The notes: a model not told the origin generated them from the letters alone. A stretch of DNA of 64,000 nucleotides from Patescibacteria group bacterium (GCA_040384445.1 JAZKJG010000001.1:71650-135649); one strand, 5' to 3'; shown: positions 1-9,207, counted from the stretch's first letter. Program-made: numbers and translations.

Positions 1-1019
1 AAATTTTCATGAGTTGGGACTTCTGGAGAAAATGCTTCAAGTGAAAGCATATAAAGAAGAAGAATAACAATTGCTGTTATTAAATATCGAAATACTTTCG
101 CAGGATAAAAATTAAGAAAATGAACAACAAGAAGATAGAGTGAAGGAAGAATAATAATCAGATATCGAGAAAGGAACAAAGGTTTAAATGTTATACTCAC
201 AACGAACGCGAGTGTTGCCGGTACAAAAAAAGTAATGAGGAAATATTTAGTTTGAGGGAGTACTGTGTGTTTCTTTGTTAAAAACGTAAATCCAAACAAT
301 ACAACAATCGGCCACAGGGCAAGAAAAAATGTGTTCACTGTATCAGATTGGAATCCAATCATAAAATTCGAAAAGAGGTTAAAGATATCAATACTTGTTG
401 GTGCAGTAAGATTTGGTGCGGAGTTTGTGGATCCTACTATATGTCGCACCACAAACCAAAGTCCTAAAGTTGTAAGCGCTCCAGAGGCAGTGAATATAAA
501 TTTCTTAAATGAACCTTCAGGGAATAAATCTCTGTTCATCAAGAAAAATAAAGCTTGTGCAATAAGTAATAGTGCAAAGAAAAAGTGAGTATATACACCA
601 ATTATTACTGTAAGTGCATATAAGAACCAAGATCTTTTTTCTGAATTATTCCAAAGTCGAACAAAGAATAATTGGTTTAAAATTGTGATTAAAAATAACA
701 CTGTATACATTCGTGTTTCCGCACCAAACCATTGAAGAAAAGGTGATAGGGCACACAACATAACAGTAATCATCCCAACCTTCTTTCCATATGTTTCTTT
801 TCCAAGTAGATATATGAATGGAAGTGAACACAATAAAAATACGAGTGAAAGGGAACGAATAGCAAGAAGTGAATCACCAAATAGAGATTGCCATACTTGT
901 AGAGAAATGAAATACACAGGTAAGTGGATATCTCCCGCAATAATTCGAATTGTTCCTAGAAATGTTCCGTTGGTTTGAAAAAGACTTTGAGCCTCATCTA
1001 GTCTCAAACTTTTTCCCAT
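1..1019 (-). CDS. GT-C fold glycosyltransferase (PMT_2/ArnT-like, GT39/GT83-type), 5'-partial: the gene continues beyond the window start
   Basis: Not in the ORF track. I translated the minus strand by hand from the ATG at 1019-1017; it reads without a stop to position 1. The protein starts MGKSLRLDEAQSLFQTNGTFLG..., then has 8 or more hydrophobic helices and an N-terminal 'DE' loop motif typical of ArnT/PMT-type GT-C enzymes. It sits directly downstream of a polyprenol-P-sugar synthase (GT2+GtrA), the classic partner. Confidence 0.55.
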   Translation of the reverse strand, partial: MGKSLRLDEAQSLFQTNGTFLGTIRIIAGDIHLPVYFISLQVWQSLFGDSLLAIRSLSLVFLLCSLPFIYLLGKETYGKKVGMITVMLCALSPFLQWFGAETRMYTVLFLITILNQLFFVRLWNNSEKRSWFLYALTVIIGVYTHFFFALLLIAQALFFLMNRDLFPEGSFKKFIFTASGALTTLGLWFVVRHIVGSTNSAPNLTAPTSIDIFNLFSNFMIGFQSDTVNTFFLALWPIVVLFGFTFLTKKHTVLPQTKYFLITFFVPATLAFVVSITFKPLFLSRYLIIILPSLYLLVVHFLNFYPAKVFRYLITAIVILLLYMLSLEAFSPEVPTHEN

Positions 1020-1119
1020 GAAAAAAGAAATACTGACAACACACGCGAAAAGCATCGCAAGGGCGATTGCACATTGTGTCTGATATTTTTTTATAAATTG
1101 GGAAATAAACATACAAGTG

Positions 1120-2217
1120 TTATCGAGTTTTTTTTGCAATGAAAACCCATGTCTTCAAGAAGATAAATGTAAAGACGAAACAAAGCCCTGTTGCAAGAAT
1201 CACACTCGCGATATCATATATTCCAAATATTGATGTAAACACATATGTCAGTGATACGTTTACCAAAAGACTTGCAATCGTCACAGTGTAGAATTTTGCC
1301 ATTTCTTGTACCCCCACTTTTCTTTGCTTAAATGTAAACATAGAGTTTAAGATAAAGCCTGAAACCGTTCCAAGTAGATATGTAGAAGCTTTCACAAGTA
1401 CATAGTGTGAAGCGAATGTAGGATTAATTCGAGTGAGGAACACATAGGCAGCAACATCTACGATTGTATTGAATACTCCAATGAGTGCGAAAGTAAAAAA
1501 TTGTCGCTTTACTTGTTTTCCCAAATCTCCAACAAAAAGATTGAATACCTCCTTAAGCGCACGCATGATTACTTTGATATTTGCCCCTGTTGCATTTCCT
1601 TGTGTTCTAGGAAGGTGAGTAACTGGTACTTCCTTTATATCAACACCACGTTGTGTTAATGCAATAAGTACTTCCGCACTAATCATTGCCCCCTGACTTG
1701 TAATCTTTATATCTTTAATTGTATCTCGTTTAAAGAGCTTGAACGCACAGTCGATATCAATTACTCGTAAACCAAACAAAATTCTGTTTAGGATGTTCCA
1801 TCCTTTTGCATTTAACAATCTCATTTTTGAATCTTGTCTATCGTGTCTATATCCAATTACAACATCATGAGTTGCTGTGTGAGGTGTGAGGAGGGTGAGT
1901 TCTTGTAAATCAAACTGCAAATCAGCATCACTAAAAAAGATGTAATCGTGTTTTGCATTTGTAAATCCAGTAATCAATGCTCCACCGTATCCTTTATTTG
2001 CCTCATGAGAAATGAGAATAAGATTATCACCATATGTTGATTTCAAATTCTGTACTACTTCAGCAGTCTTGTCTTTACTTGCGTCATTTACGATAATAAT
2101 TTCGTATGTATCAGTAACGAGCTTTGCAGCTGTAACTGCTTGATGAATTGTTTCTTCGATATTTAATTCTTCGTTATATGCCGGAAAAAATATTGAGAGT
2201 GATGAAAGTGTAGTCAT
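1120..2217 (-). CDS. GT2 family polyprenol-phosphate glycosyltransferase (DPM1/ArnC-like) with a C-terminal GtrA-like membrane domain
   Basis: IIIVNDASKDKT and FFSDADLQ (DXD) motifs. The C-terminal 120 aa is hydrophobic and GtrA-like. Confidence 0.85.
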   Translation of the reverse strand: MTTLSSLSIFFPAYNEELNIEETIHQAVTAAKLVTDTYEIIIVNDASKDKTAEVVQNLKSTYGDNLILISHEANKGYGGALITGFTNAKHDYIFFSDADLQFDLQELTLLTPHTATHDVVIGYRHDRQDSKMRLLNAKGWNILNRILFGLRVIDIDCAFKLFKRDTIKDIKITSQGAMISAEVLIALTQRGVDIKEVPVTHLPRTQGNATGANIKVIMRALKEVFNLFVGDLGKQVKRQFFTFALIGVFNTIVDVAAYVFLTRINPTFASHYVLVKASTYLLGTVSGFILNSMFTFKQRKVGVQEMAKFYTVTIASLLVNVSLTYVFTSIFGIYDIASVILATGLCFVFTFIFLKTWVFIAKKTR

Positions 2218-2222
2218 AAATG

Positions 2223-3455
2223 TTAGTTAGTTTTTGGTAATGGATATAATTGAGGGAGCAAATCGTTGTATAGCGCTAATCCGAACCATGCCCAATTTTT
2301 ATCATAATATCCAAGTTCTCGTGTCCAGTTAAATGTATCTACGTTGTATAATGATTCTAGCTTTTTGTAATATACTTCTTTAGCGATCTCTGGATCAGTA
2401 ATCATGAAATATCCAATTAATCCTCCATACATTGCTGGAGTTTCTGACCATTCTGCAATTTGTCCATCATGTGTATAGTTTGCATACACTCGCTTTCGTG
2501 AATGCCATTCTTCAGTAAAGAACGCCATGTCTTGTAAAAGTTTTGTGGCTCTCGGTTCATTGAACCATTTTGCATCAAGAGCGAGTCTCCATGGAAGTCG
2601 AAGAGCGTCATAACTGAAGTTTGTTTTTAATGTCGTTGTTCCTGTGATCGCCGCGATTTTTCCTGTTTTTTTATCTACCGTAATCCAATCGGATGGAATT
2701 CCTGCACTCGTGTCTGTGTCGAGCGGAAGTACCATGTTGTCTTCAATTAGATCGTAACTTGAATCTACTAGCCCCATCCAATCATGTCTTGGATCTACCT
2801 CTTCAAAAATTCTGTATGCATATGGTGCGAGATAAGATGGATTTACAATAATAGTTTTTTTCTTTTTATCACTTTTCTCTAGATCGTTTGCCGCTAAGAA
2901 AGGTCTCCCATTAATAACAACAACTTCTTTATCCCAAATATCATTGATGATTGTCATGGCATCCCCAAAGTATGTGTCATCGTTCCATCGTTCTGAAGCA
3001 AATAGGAGAGCGAGTGCAATATCAACATCAGCATCTGTTGCTGAATTATTTCCACCTTCTTGAGTTAAGATTCCATATGTACCATTTTTTCTTTGCCCAA
3101 ATTTCCATGCAAATAGACTATCGTTCGAATGCTGTAAGTTATCTTTAGTCCATTGCCATGCTGTATCAAATGTTTCTCTGTCATTAACCCAAACTGCACG
3201 AAGGAGGGTATAACTCTGACCTTCTGATGTTGTAATAAAATTTTGCTCTTTATCAAGTGCTCGAAGTGACTCCGGTTCAAGATTCTCTCCTTTATATCGA
3301 TGCCACAAAGATTCGATCATATCTCGAGGTGAGAATACGGGCTGATTCGCTTCTGCTCGTCGTTTGATAATGATTGCGGTAGAGGCTGCGATCAGGATCA
3401 CAATCACAAGAATAAGCAGGTTTCGTAATGAGATTTTAGGTAGGGTTATTTGCAT
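2223..3455 (-). CDS. Glycoside hydrolase family 8 (endoglucanase/chitosanase-like), N-terminally membrane-anchored
   Basis: Exact match to the GH8 signature A-[ST]-D-[AG]-D-x2-[IM]-A-x-[SA]-...-[FW] in ATDADVDIALALLFASERW. A TSEGQSY motif is present. There is an N-terminal TM helix. Confidence 0.85.
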   Translation of the reverse strand: MQITLPKISLRNLLILVIVILIAASTAIIIKRRAEANQPVFSPRDMIESLWHRYKGENLEPESLRALDKEQNFITTSEGQSYTLLRAVWVNDRETFDTAWQWTKDNLQHSNDSLFAWKFGQRKNGTYGILTQEGGNNSATDADVDIALALLFASERWNDDTYFGDAMTIINDIWDKEVVVINGRPFLAANDLEKSDKKKKTIIVNPSYLAPYAYRIFEEVDPRHDWMGLVDSSYDLIEDNMVLPLDTDTSAGIPSDWITVDKKTGKIAAITGTTTLKTNFSYDALRLPWRLALDAKWFNEPRATKLLQDMAFFTEEWHSRKRVYANYTHDGQIAEWSETPAMYGGLIGYFMITDPEIAKEVYYKKLESLYNVDTFNWTRELGYYDKNWAWFGLALYNDLLPQLYPLPKTN

Positions 3456-3646
3456 TTGGTTAGGGAAGTAAATAGACTATCCGACTCTTTAATAATAAAG
3501 CAGGTAATACAATGTAAGGGTTAATGGATGTCGTTCAAGTGAGAAAATAGAATAGGTTGCCTTACAATTTTCAGAGTATCACACAAGATAGATTTGTCAA
3601 ATAATTCTACCGAGGTTCTGAAAGGGTTTTTTGGGGTTGTGGTACG

Positions 3647-3677
3647 AAAAACAGAGCAGGGTGAGTGCTCTGTTTTC
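3647..3677. terminator. Bidirectional rho-independent terminator hairpin (acagagca/tgctctgt stem)
   Basis: Perfect 8-bp stem with a 7-nt loop, flanked by A/T runs on both sides. It lies downstream of the minus-strand tRNA pair. Confidence 0.6.
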
Positions 3678-3682
3678 ATGTT

Positions 3683-3767
3683 TGGTGGGCAAGGAGGGAC
3701 TCGAACCCTCAATCCGTGAAGAACTAGTTCCTAAGACTAGCGCGTATACCAATTCCGCCACTTGCCC
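3683..3767 (-). tRNA. tRNA-Leu (anticodon TAG), type II with a long variable arm and encoded CCA
   Basis: Reverse complement is GGGCAAGTGGCGGAATTGGTA...CTTAGGA...GGGTTCGAGTCCCTCCTTGCCCACCA. It has a 7-bp acceptor stem and a TPsiC arm. Confidence 0.9.
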
Positions 3768-3791
3768 AAATATTTCTGTAACTTCTACAGG

Positions 3792-3864
3792 TGCGTCCAG
3801 TAGGATTCGAACCTACGACCAATTGCTTAAGAGGCAACTGCTCTACCAACTGAGCTATGGACGC
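3792..3864 (-). tRNA. tRNA-Lys (anticodon CTT)
   Basis: Reverse complement is GCGTCCATAGCTCAGTTGGTAGAGCAGTTGCCTCTTAAGCAATTGGTCGTAGGTTCGAATCCTACTGGACGCA. The cloverleaf is complete. Confidence 0.9.
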
Positions 3865-3972
3865 AGAATTTCTGCTCAATCAGCATCGACTTGTATTATA
3901 GTATATTACTTTTTGATATAAATCAATTGTAATAAAAAACACCGTGCAGATCTATAAAATCATACACGGCGG

Positions 3973-4347
3973 TTAAAGTTTAATTTTTTGCCCAAATGTC
4001 TCTCGAACTTTAGTGTACGTACTTCCATCAGGTCTTTGTAGTACATCAATAGTATTCATGACATGTACTTTATGGTTTAGCTTTACACTTAGGTAATCTT
4101 CGATTCGAATTACGTTGGGGTGGTACTTAAATGATCCATTGTCTGGTAATTCTTCTCTAACCCATGCAAGTTCTCCGTGCTTAGGGAGTGGATAAAATTG
4201 CCAGACAATCATAGGGTTTGGATATTCTTTTGACACTTCCGTTGAAGAGTGAATTATCCGATCGAGCACTTGTCCTTGTTCCTTCTTTTGAAAAAGGATG
4301 AGGATGGGTGAGAATGTGAGACATATAAAAAGAAACATGAGTTTCAT
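3973..4347 (-). CDS. Hypothetical secreted/membrane-anchored protein (signal peptide)
   Basis: ORF with a hydrophobic N-terminus, MKLMFLFICLTFSPILILF. No recognisable domain. Confidence 0.4.
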   Translation of the reverse strand: MKLMFLFICLTFSPILILFQKKEQGQVLDRIIHSSTEVSKEYPNPMIVWQFYPLPKHGELAWVREELPDNGSFKYHPNVIRIEDYLSVKLNHKVHVMNTIDVLQRPDGSTYTKVRETFGQKIKL

Positions 4348-4424
4348 CTTTAATTAATCATAGTACGTTTGGAAATAAAAAACACCCCACCGAGACGGGG
4401 GGTGTCTCGTGGGGTGGCTGAATA

Positions 4425-4895
4425 TTAGCCGAAGAGGATCTTTCTGAGTGCTTTCGGTACCTCAGCTCTCACTGACCCGTTTTTGATTACGGGGCATGTG
4501 ATGATTGCCTCCTTTTCGGTGATCTTGAGGACTGCACCAGACCCAACTATGGCCGCAGCTATGATTTGTTCATGGCTGATGGTTGTAAGTTCCCAGATTG
4601 AAACTGGAAGTACGAAGCCTGGATCCTTGTCTTTAAACGAAAGGAGTCCGTCAAAGATGATTTTGTACCAGGTCCTCCTAGACTTACTGAAAGGGTGAAA
4701 TCTGACAGTACATTCATAGGACTTACCTCTGCGATTGTCGGGTCCAAAGGGCTTGAGTTCGATTGTAGCCAAACCTTTAGTGCAATGCACGGGGATGTGG
4801 ACTTCTTGGGTGGTGATTGTTGGGATAAGGGGGATTTTCTTTAGTTTACTCATGATGGAAGTACGGTACGCTACCGTCAGAGTAATATATAACAT
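4425..4895 (-). CDS. Hypothetical protein. The true start is probably the internal MSKLKK, near 4853
   Basis: ORF followed by a strong GC-rich hairpin at 4386-4424. No recognisable domain. Confidence 0.4.
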   Translation of the reverse strand: MLYITLTVAYRTSIMSKLKKIPLIPTITTQEVHIPVHCTKGLATIELKPFGPDNRRGKSYECTVRFHPFSKSRRTWYKIIFDGLLSFKDKDPGFVLPVSIWELTTISHEQIIAAAIVGSGAVLKITEKEAIITCPVIKNGSVRAEVPKALRKILFG

Positions 4896-4973
4896 TTAAG
4901 CTAATGTGTCAAATATGAAAAGGGTAAATAAAAAACACGCAGAGGTCTCGGATGAGACATGCGTGGATGGTTT

Positions 4974-5183
4974 TTAGAGATTCCGAGGGTAACTAAACTC
5001 ACCTAAAGGAATTTTTAGTATTACTACTATATGGTCCATTGTTACCGCAAGAAGAGATAGGAGTAAGGTTATGAAAACCATAATGATATGTGCTGCAGCT
5101 TGAATCGTCCATCCCAAGAACTTAACGAGCACAGATAGGAAGGAGATGCACAGAACTAAAAGTTTTAAATAGTAGTATTTCAT
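4974..5183 (-). CDS. Small hypothetical membrane protein (2 TM)
   Basis: 69-aa hydrophobic ORF with a downstream hairpin at 4935-4970. Confidence 0.3.
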   Translation of the reverse strand: MKYYYLKLLVLCISFLSVLVKFLGWTIQAAAHIIMVFITLLLSLLAVTMDHIVVILKIPLGEFSYPRNL

Positions 5184-5374
5184 TTTTAAGTTTGGTTAGA
5201 AAAATTACAATCCCTCAGCTTATGCTGAAACTGAAATTGAGATCTTTCTTCCAAACTCAAATAATGTAAAAGTTCTTAAAATACTATATCACAGAACAGT
5301 AAATTGTCAATATTCAAAACCCACAATAGAAAAAAGCCTCCGAAGAGACTTATTTCTAAAATAATAAATTATTT

Positions 5375-5448
5375 GTGGACCCGAGGGGATTCGAACTCCT
5401 GACCTCCTCAGTGCAAATGAGGCGCTCTACCAACTAAGCTACGGGCCC
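5375..5448 (-). tRNA. tRNA-Ala (anticodon TGC)
   Basis: Reverse complement is GGGCCCGTAGCTTAGTTGGTAGAGCGCCTCATTTGCACTGAGGAGGTCAGGAGTTCGAATCCCCTCGGGTCCA. The G3:U70 alanine identity pair is present. Confidence 0.9.
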
Positions 5449-5533
5449 GTGCATCCAAGTATAGTACAAAACTTTAGGAAAAGCAAAGCATTTATTTATC
5501 AAATATACAGGCCTAAGATGTCACATTCTAGGT

Positions 5534-5878
5534 ATGACTATATATAACAGAGGGTTTGTAGCCCTATTTTTCACACTTGGGGTATCAAGCATTTTACTCA
5601 CATATGTAAGTTTAAGCTCTACAAATTTATTTAGGTTTATCCGTGCGCGAGAGGATTTTAAGGGTGTAAGAGCTACAATTCAAAATACTCTTCAATGCGC
5701 AGATCAGTACGTTAATGCTCTGGTCCGAACCTATTCAGTACCATCCCTATGTAATGCTACCAATAAACAATTAACCAGAACCGGGCCAGACACTCTCATA
5801 TTTTCATTCAAAATTAACACAATAACATTCACAGGAACCATACAAAACGGGCGTATTTCAGAACTTGGCTCCTATTAA
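5534..5878 (+). CDS. Hypothetical protein with an N-terminal hydrophobic, degenerate prepilin-like segment
   Basis: N-terminus reads NRGFVALFFTLGVSSILL. It is immediately upstream of a bona fide type IV pilin gene. Confidence 0.35.
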   Translation: MTIYNRGFVALFFTLGVSSILLTYVSLSSTNLFRFIRAREDFKGVRATIQNTLQCADQYVNALVRTYSVPSLCNATNKQLTRTGPDTLIFSFKINTITFTGTIQNGRISELGSY

Positions 5879-5959
5879 ATTTCTTTATATTTATTTTCAA
5901 ATTACATAACCACCCGGATGTCATCATATGTTCATTATCAATTAATTTAACAAATATAT

Positions 5960-6430
5960 ATGAAATACAAAAAACAACACAAAAAAGGATTCACACTCAT
6001 CGAGGTATTGGTAGTTATTGGAATTATCGCCATACTAGCAACCGTGGTTCTTGTGGCAGTAAGTCCTGGAAAACAGTTTAGACAAGCACGAGATACTCAA
6101 CGAGTTGCGAATGTGAACACAATTCTCAATGCAATCGGTCAAAACATTTCAGATCACCAGGGAGTATTCTTCTGTGCAGGCTCACCTGTTACTCTTCCTG
6201 CGGCTCTAACAAACATGACAAGTAATACAGCAAGTGGAGGAGTTGATATTGGAGAATGTCTCGTGCCTGAGTACGTTCCTAAGCTCCCGTATGATCCGCT
6301 TGCAGGAAAAGGGTATTATATTGATGAAGATGATTATGATCTTGGATACAAGGTTATGGCTGACTCATCAGGTAGAATCACGGTTGAAGCAGACGGTGAA
6401 CAACAGGCTTTAATCGCAGTAACTCGATGA
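5960..6430 (+). CDS. Type IV pilin / pseudopilin (prepilin-type N-terminal cleavage/methylation domain)
   Basis: KKGFTLIEVLVVIGIIAILATVV is the canonical G-F-T-L-I-E prepilin motif. Confidence 0.85.
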   Translation: MKYKKQHKKGFTLIEVLVVIGIIAILATVVLVAVSPGKQFRQARDTQRVANVNTILNAIGQNISDHQGVFFCAGSPVTLPAALTNMTSNTASGGVDIGECLVPEYVPKLPYDPLAGKGYYIDEDDYDLGYKVMADSSGRITVEADGEQQALIAVTR

Positions 6431-6468
6431 GGTTGATATTATTTTCTAATATGCTATAGTATTTCAAT

Positions 6469-6591
6469 ATGAAATTGCTATCATCATTAAAAAAGAAAGA
6501 CCTTCGTCAGGGAGAGTTTATTGTTCGAAGAGGAAAACACCTTTATCGAATCAACAAGAAGATTCGAAAACGAAACGCAAAACAAGGGTAA
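6469..6591 (+). CDS. rpmJ: Ribosomal protein bL36, zinc-independent (Cys-free, YkgO/RpmJ2-like) form
   Basis: 40-aa ORF, below the ORF-track cutoff: MKLLSSLKKKDLRQGEFIVRRGKHLYRINKKIRKRNAKQG. It aligns with E. coli YkgO [41 protein letters not shown] and lacks the Zn-ribbon cysteines. Confidence 0.7.
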   Translation: MKLLSSLKKKDLRQGEFIVRRGKHLYRINKKIRKRNAKQG

Positions 6592-6625
6592 AACCTTGTT
6601 TTTTGTTTAATGGTATTATTGAGTT

Positions 6626-8023
6626 ATGAAAAAGCTCACAATACTCTTGGCTTGCTGCTTAGCTCTAGTGCTCTATATATATGTAGAAGCGCCTACTAAA
6701 ATTACGCCCAAAAATGAGACGAAGACTATATCTCTAAACTTCGTAGGAGACATACTCGCTGCGAGAACCATAGAAACGGCAATGCGTAAGAATGGCTATG
6801 ATTATCCATTTGCAAAGATCTCGAAGGAACTAGCAGATGCTGATATTACGTTTGCTAACCTGGAAACACCGCTCATCGCAGGTAATACTACTCCAGGTGG
6901 GAATACTGTGTTCCGAGCCGATACTGCCTTTGCAGACGCATTAAAGAGAACTGGAATTGATATTGTATCTCTGGCCAATAACCACATGAAGGATCAAGGT
7001 GAGAAAGGTATTGTAAGTACTAAGGAAGCATTGGACAAAGCGGGAGTAGTATACGCAGGGGCTGGATTAAGTCTTGATGAAGCGAGATCTTTGAGGATAG
7101 TCGAAGCTAATGGAATTAAAGTTGGATATCTTGCATATAACGACACTGATGTGGTTCCACAAAGTACCTATGCAAATGACTCTCCTCAATCTGGTACGAA
7201 TACTATGGATACAAGACGACTTAAAGAGGATATTGAGAAAGCTCGTTCTCAAGTAAATGTTGTGATTATATCAATGCACTCTGGTACAGAGTATGTGACA
7301 GAAAAGCCTAATACACGTCAAACTACCTTTGCTCGAGCCGCGATCGACTATGGGGCAGACATGGTAATCGGGCATCATCCTCATGTATTACAGCCAATGG
7401 AAATATATAAAAATAAATACATTTTCTATAGTCTCGGAAACTTTGTATTTGATCAAATCATTGCCCCGACTAAAGAAAGTGCATTATTAAAAATGTGGAT
7501 AACTTTCTCAAAGACGGATTCTGGGGTGTGGAAAATTGATAATGCAAAACCTGAAATATTACCACTCGTAATTCAAAATTTTCAACCTCAAAAAACTACC
7601 GATATTTCAAAGAAAAAACTTATTATGAGTCGGTTTAATTCTAGTCCAGCTATTCTTACTTTAGGAGAAGAAATCATATTTGCAGAATTGGCAACAACTA
7701 CCGAAGCTCGGACCCTTGGTCTATCTGGAAGAAAAAAATTACCAGATCGGACAGGTTTGCTGTTTGTCTTTGAGGCTCAAGGGATGCATGGAATATGGAT
7801 GAAGGATATGTTGTTCCCAATTGATATCTATTGGTTCGACCAATCATTTAAGCTTATAGATAAAAGACTTTCTGTCAGTCCTGAAACATATCCAGATGTC
7901 TTTTATCCAAAGCTCAAGGCCACCTATGTCCTTGAGACAAAAGCAGGTCTCTTAGACCCTATGTCCTTGACACAGGACTTGACGGGGGAGTTGACGTTAC
8001 TCGAGTCATATGATAAAAGATAA
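6626..8023 (+). CDS. CapA/PGA_cap family metallophosphatase fused to a C-terminal DUF192 (COG1430) domain, signal-anchored
   Basis: N-terminal NFVGDILAART...GAGLSLDEARS matches CapA. C-terminal GLLFVFEAQGMHGIWMKDMLFPIDIYWFD...YVLETKAG is a strong DUF192 pattern. Confidence 0.75.
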   Translation: MKKLTILLACCLALVLYIYVEAPTKITPKNETKTISLNFVGDILAARTIETAMRKNGYDYPFAKISKELADADITFANLETPLIAGNTTPGGNTVFRADTAFADALKRTGIDIVSLANNHMKDQGEKGIVSTKEALDKAGVVYAGAGLSLDEARSLRIVEANGIKVGYLAYNDTDVVPQSTYANDSPQSGTNTMDTRRLKEDIEKARSQVNVVIISMHSGTEYVTEKPNTRQTTFARAAIDYGADMVIGHHPHVLQPMEIYKNKYIFYSLGNFVFDQIIAPTKESALLKMWITFSKTDSGVWKIDNAKPEILPLVIQNFQPQKTTDISKKKLIMSRFNSSPAILTLGEEIIFAELATTTEARTLGLSGRKKLPDRTGLLFVFEAQGMHGIWMKDMLFPIDIYWFDQSFKLIDKRLSVSPETYPDVFYPKLKATYVLETKAGLLDPMSLTQDLTGELTLLESYDKR

Positions 8024-9080
8024 TACATATATGGCAAATACAACACCAACATTTTCTTTCAAAGTTAAGGTTGTGACAAAAAAACTTTTGACAGCTATAC
8101 CAGAGAGATCAAGGATTATTATTGCACGACGTTTTGGACTTGATAAAGATACAGAGAAAATGACCCTAGAGGCTATTGGAGAGACATATGATATTACTCG
8201 AGAACGAGTACGACAGATTGAGGCAAACTCGATCGCGTCTATTCGAAAGTCGGACGTATTCAAGGAGGAAGCTGCTGTATTTGCTGAACTTGCATTATGC
8301 GTAAAAAGTATGGGAGGAGTTGTGAGCGAACATGATTTGCTTAACCACTTATCAAAAGATACTTCGACTCAAAACCACTTTCACTTCTTGCTTATTATTG
8401 GGGACCAATTTAAGAAAGAAAAAGAAACTGAAGATTTCCATCACCGATGGCATGTTGATGCAGAGCTTTCAAAGAAGATTCATGACGCTTTGAAGAAACT
8501 GTATGGAAACCTTGACGATGATGCCCTTATCCCTGAGACAGAGATGATTAAGTCATTTATGGACAATGTAAAGGATGTGTCTGAAGAACTTAAAAATGAA
8601 GAGGTGGCAAAACGATGGCTTCGTATTTCAAAGCATATCGATAAAAACCCACTAGGAGAATGGGGAAAGACTGGTTCAACAAACATTCGAGTTAAGGGTA
8701 TTCGAGACTATGCATATCTAGCAATGAGAAAGCACGGGTCGCCTGTTCACTTCAAGGAGATTGCAAAACTGATTCAGACAGTCTTCGGAAAGCGAGCTCA
8801 TGAAGCAACAACACACAACGAATTGATCAAAGATACTCGGTTTGTACTTGTAGGACGAGGTCTATACGCTCTTGCAGAGTGGGGGTATGTAAGTGGTGTT
8901 GTTAGAGACGTAATTCGAAAGGTGTTGAACAAGTACGGTCCAATGACTCGAGAGGAGATATTTAACAAGGTTATGAAGGAGAGATATGTGAAAGAAAACA
9001 CCATATTGGTGAACCTTCAGAACAGTATTCATTTCAAAAAAGATGCTCAAGGCAAGTATCATGTGACTGATGAAAAATAA
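8010..9080 (+). CDS. Sigma-70 region 4 domain protein with a C-terminal winged-helix (HARE-HTH-like) domain
   Basis: ARRFGLDKDTEKMTLEAIGETYDITRERVRQIEANSI is an RpoD region-4 HTH. The C-terminus GIRDYAYLAMRKHGSPVHFKEIAKL...LVGRGLYALAEW is HARE-HTH-like. It overlaps the upstream gene by 14 nt. Confidence 0.6.
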   Translation: MIKDNTYMANTTPTFSFKVKVVTKKLLTAIPERSRIIIARRFGLDKDTEKMTLEAIGETYDITRERVRQIEANSIASIRKSDVFKEEAAVFAELALCVKSMGGVVSEHDLLNHLSKDTSTQNHFHFLLIIGDQFKKEKETEDFHHRWHVDAELSKKIHDALKKLYGNLDDDALIPETEMIKSFMDNVKDVSEELKNEEVAKRWLRISKHIDKNPLGEWGKTGSTNIRVKGIRDYAYLAMRKHGSPVHFKEIAKLIQTVFGKRAHEATTHNELIKDTRFVLVGRGLYALAEWGYVSGVVRDVIRKVLNKYGPMTREEIFNKVMKERYVKENTILVNLQNSIHFKKDAQGKYHVTDEK

Positions 9081-9207
9081 AGTTGCATGTACGTTTTCTT
9101 CGTGCTATACTATTCAAAATATGCGCCCGCCGTCTTTTGACGACTCAGATGGCGCTTATGTGTTTTATCATCATTATATAAATAACCAATAATTCTAAGC
9201 AAACTTC

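Noticed and set aside
265-588. 107-aa plus-strand ORF from the ORF track
   Set aside because: It lies antisense within the hand-translated minus-strand GT-C glycosyltransferase gene (1-1019), which has a coherent multi-TM sequence. The plus ORF has no features of its own.
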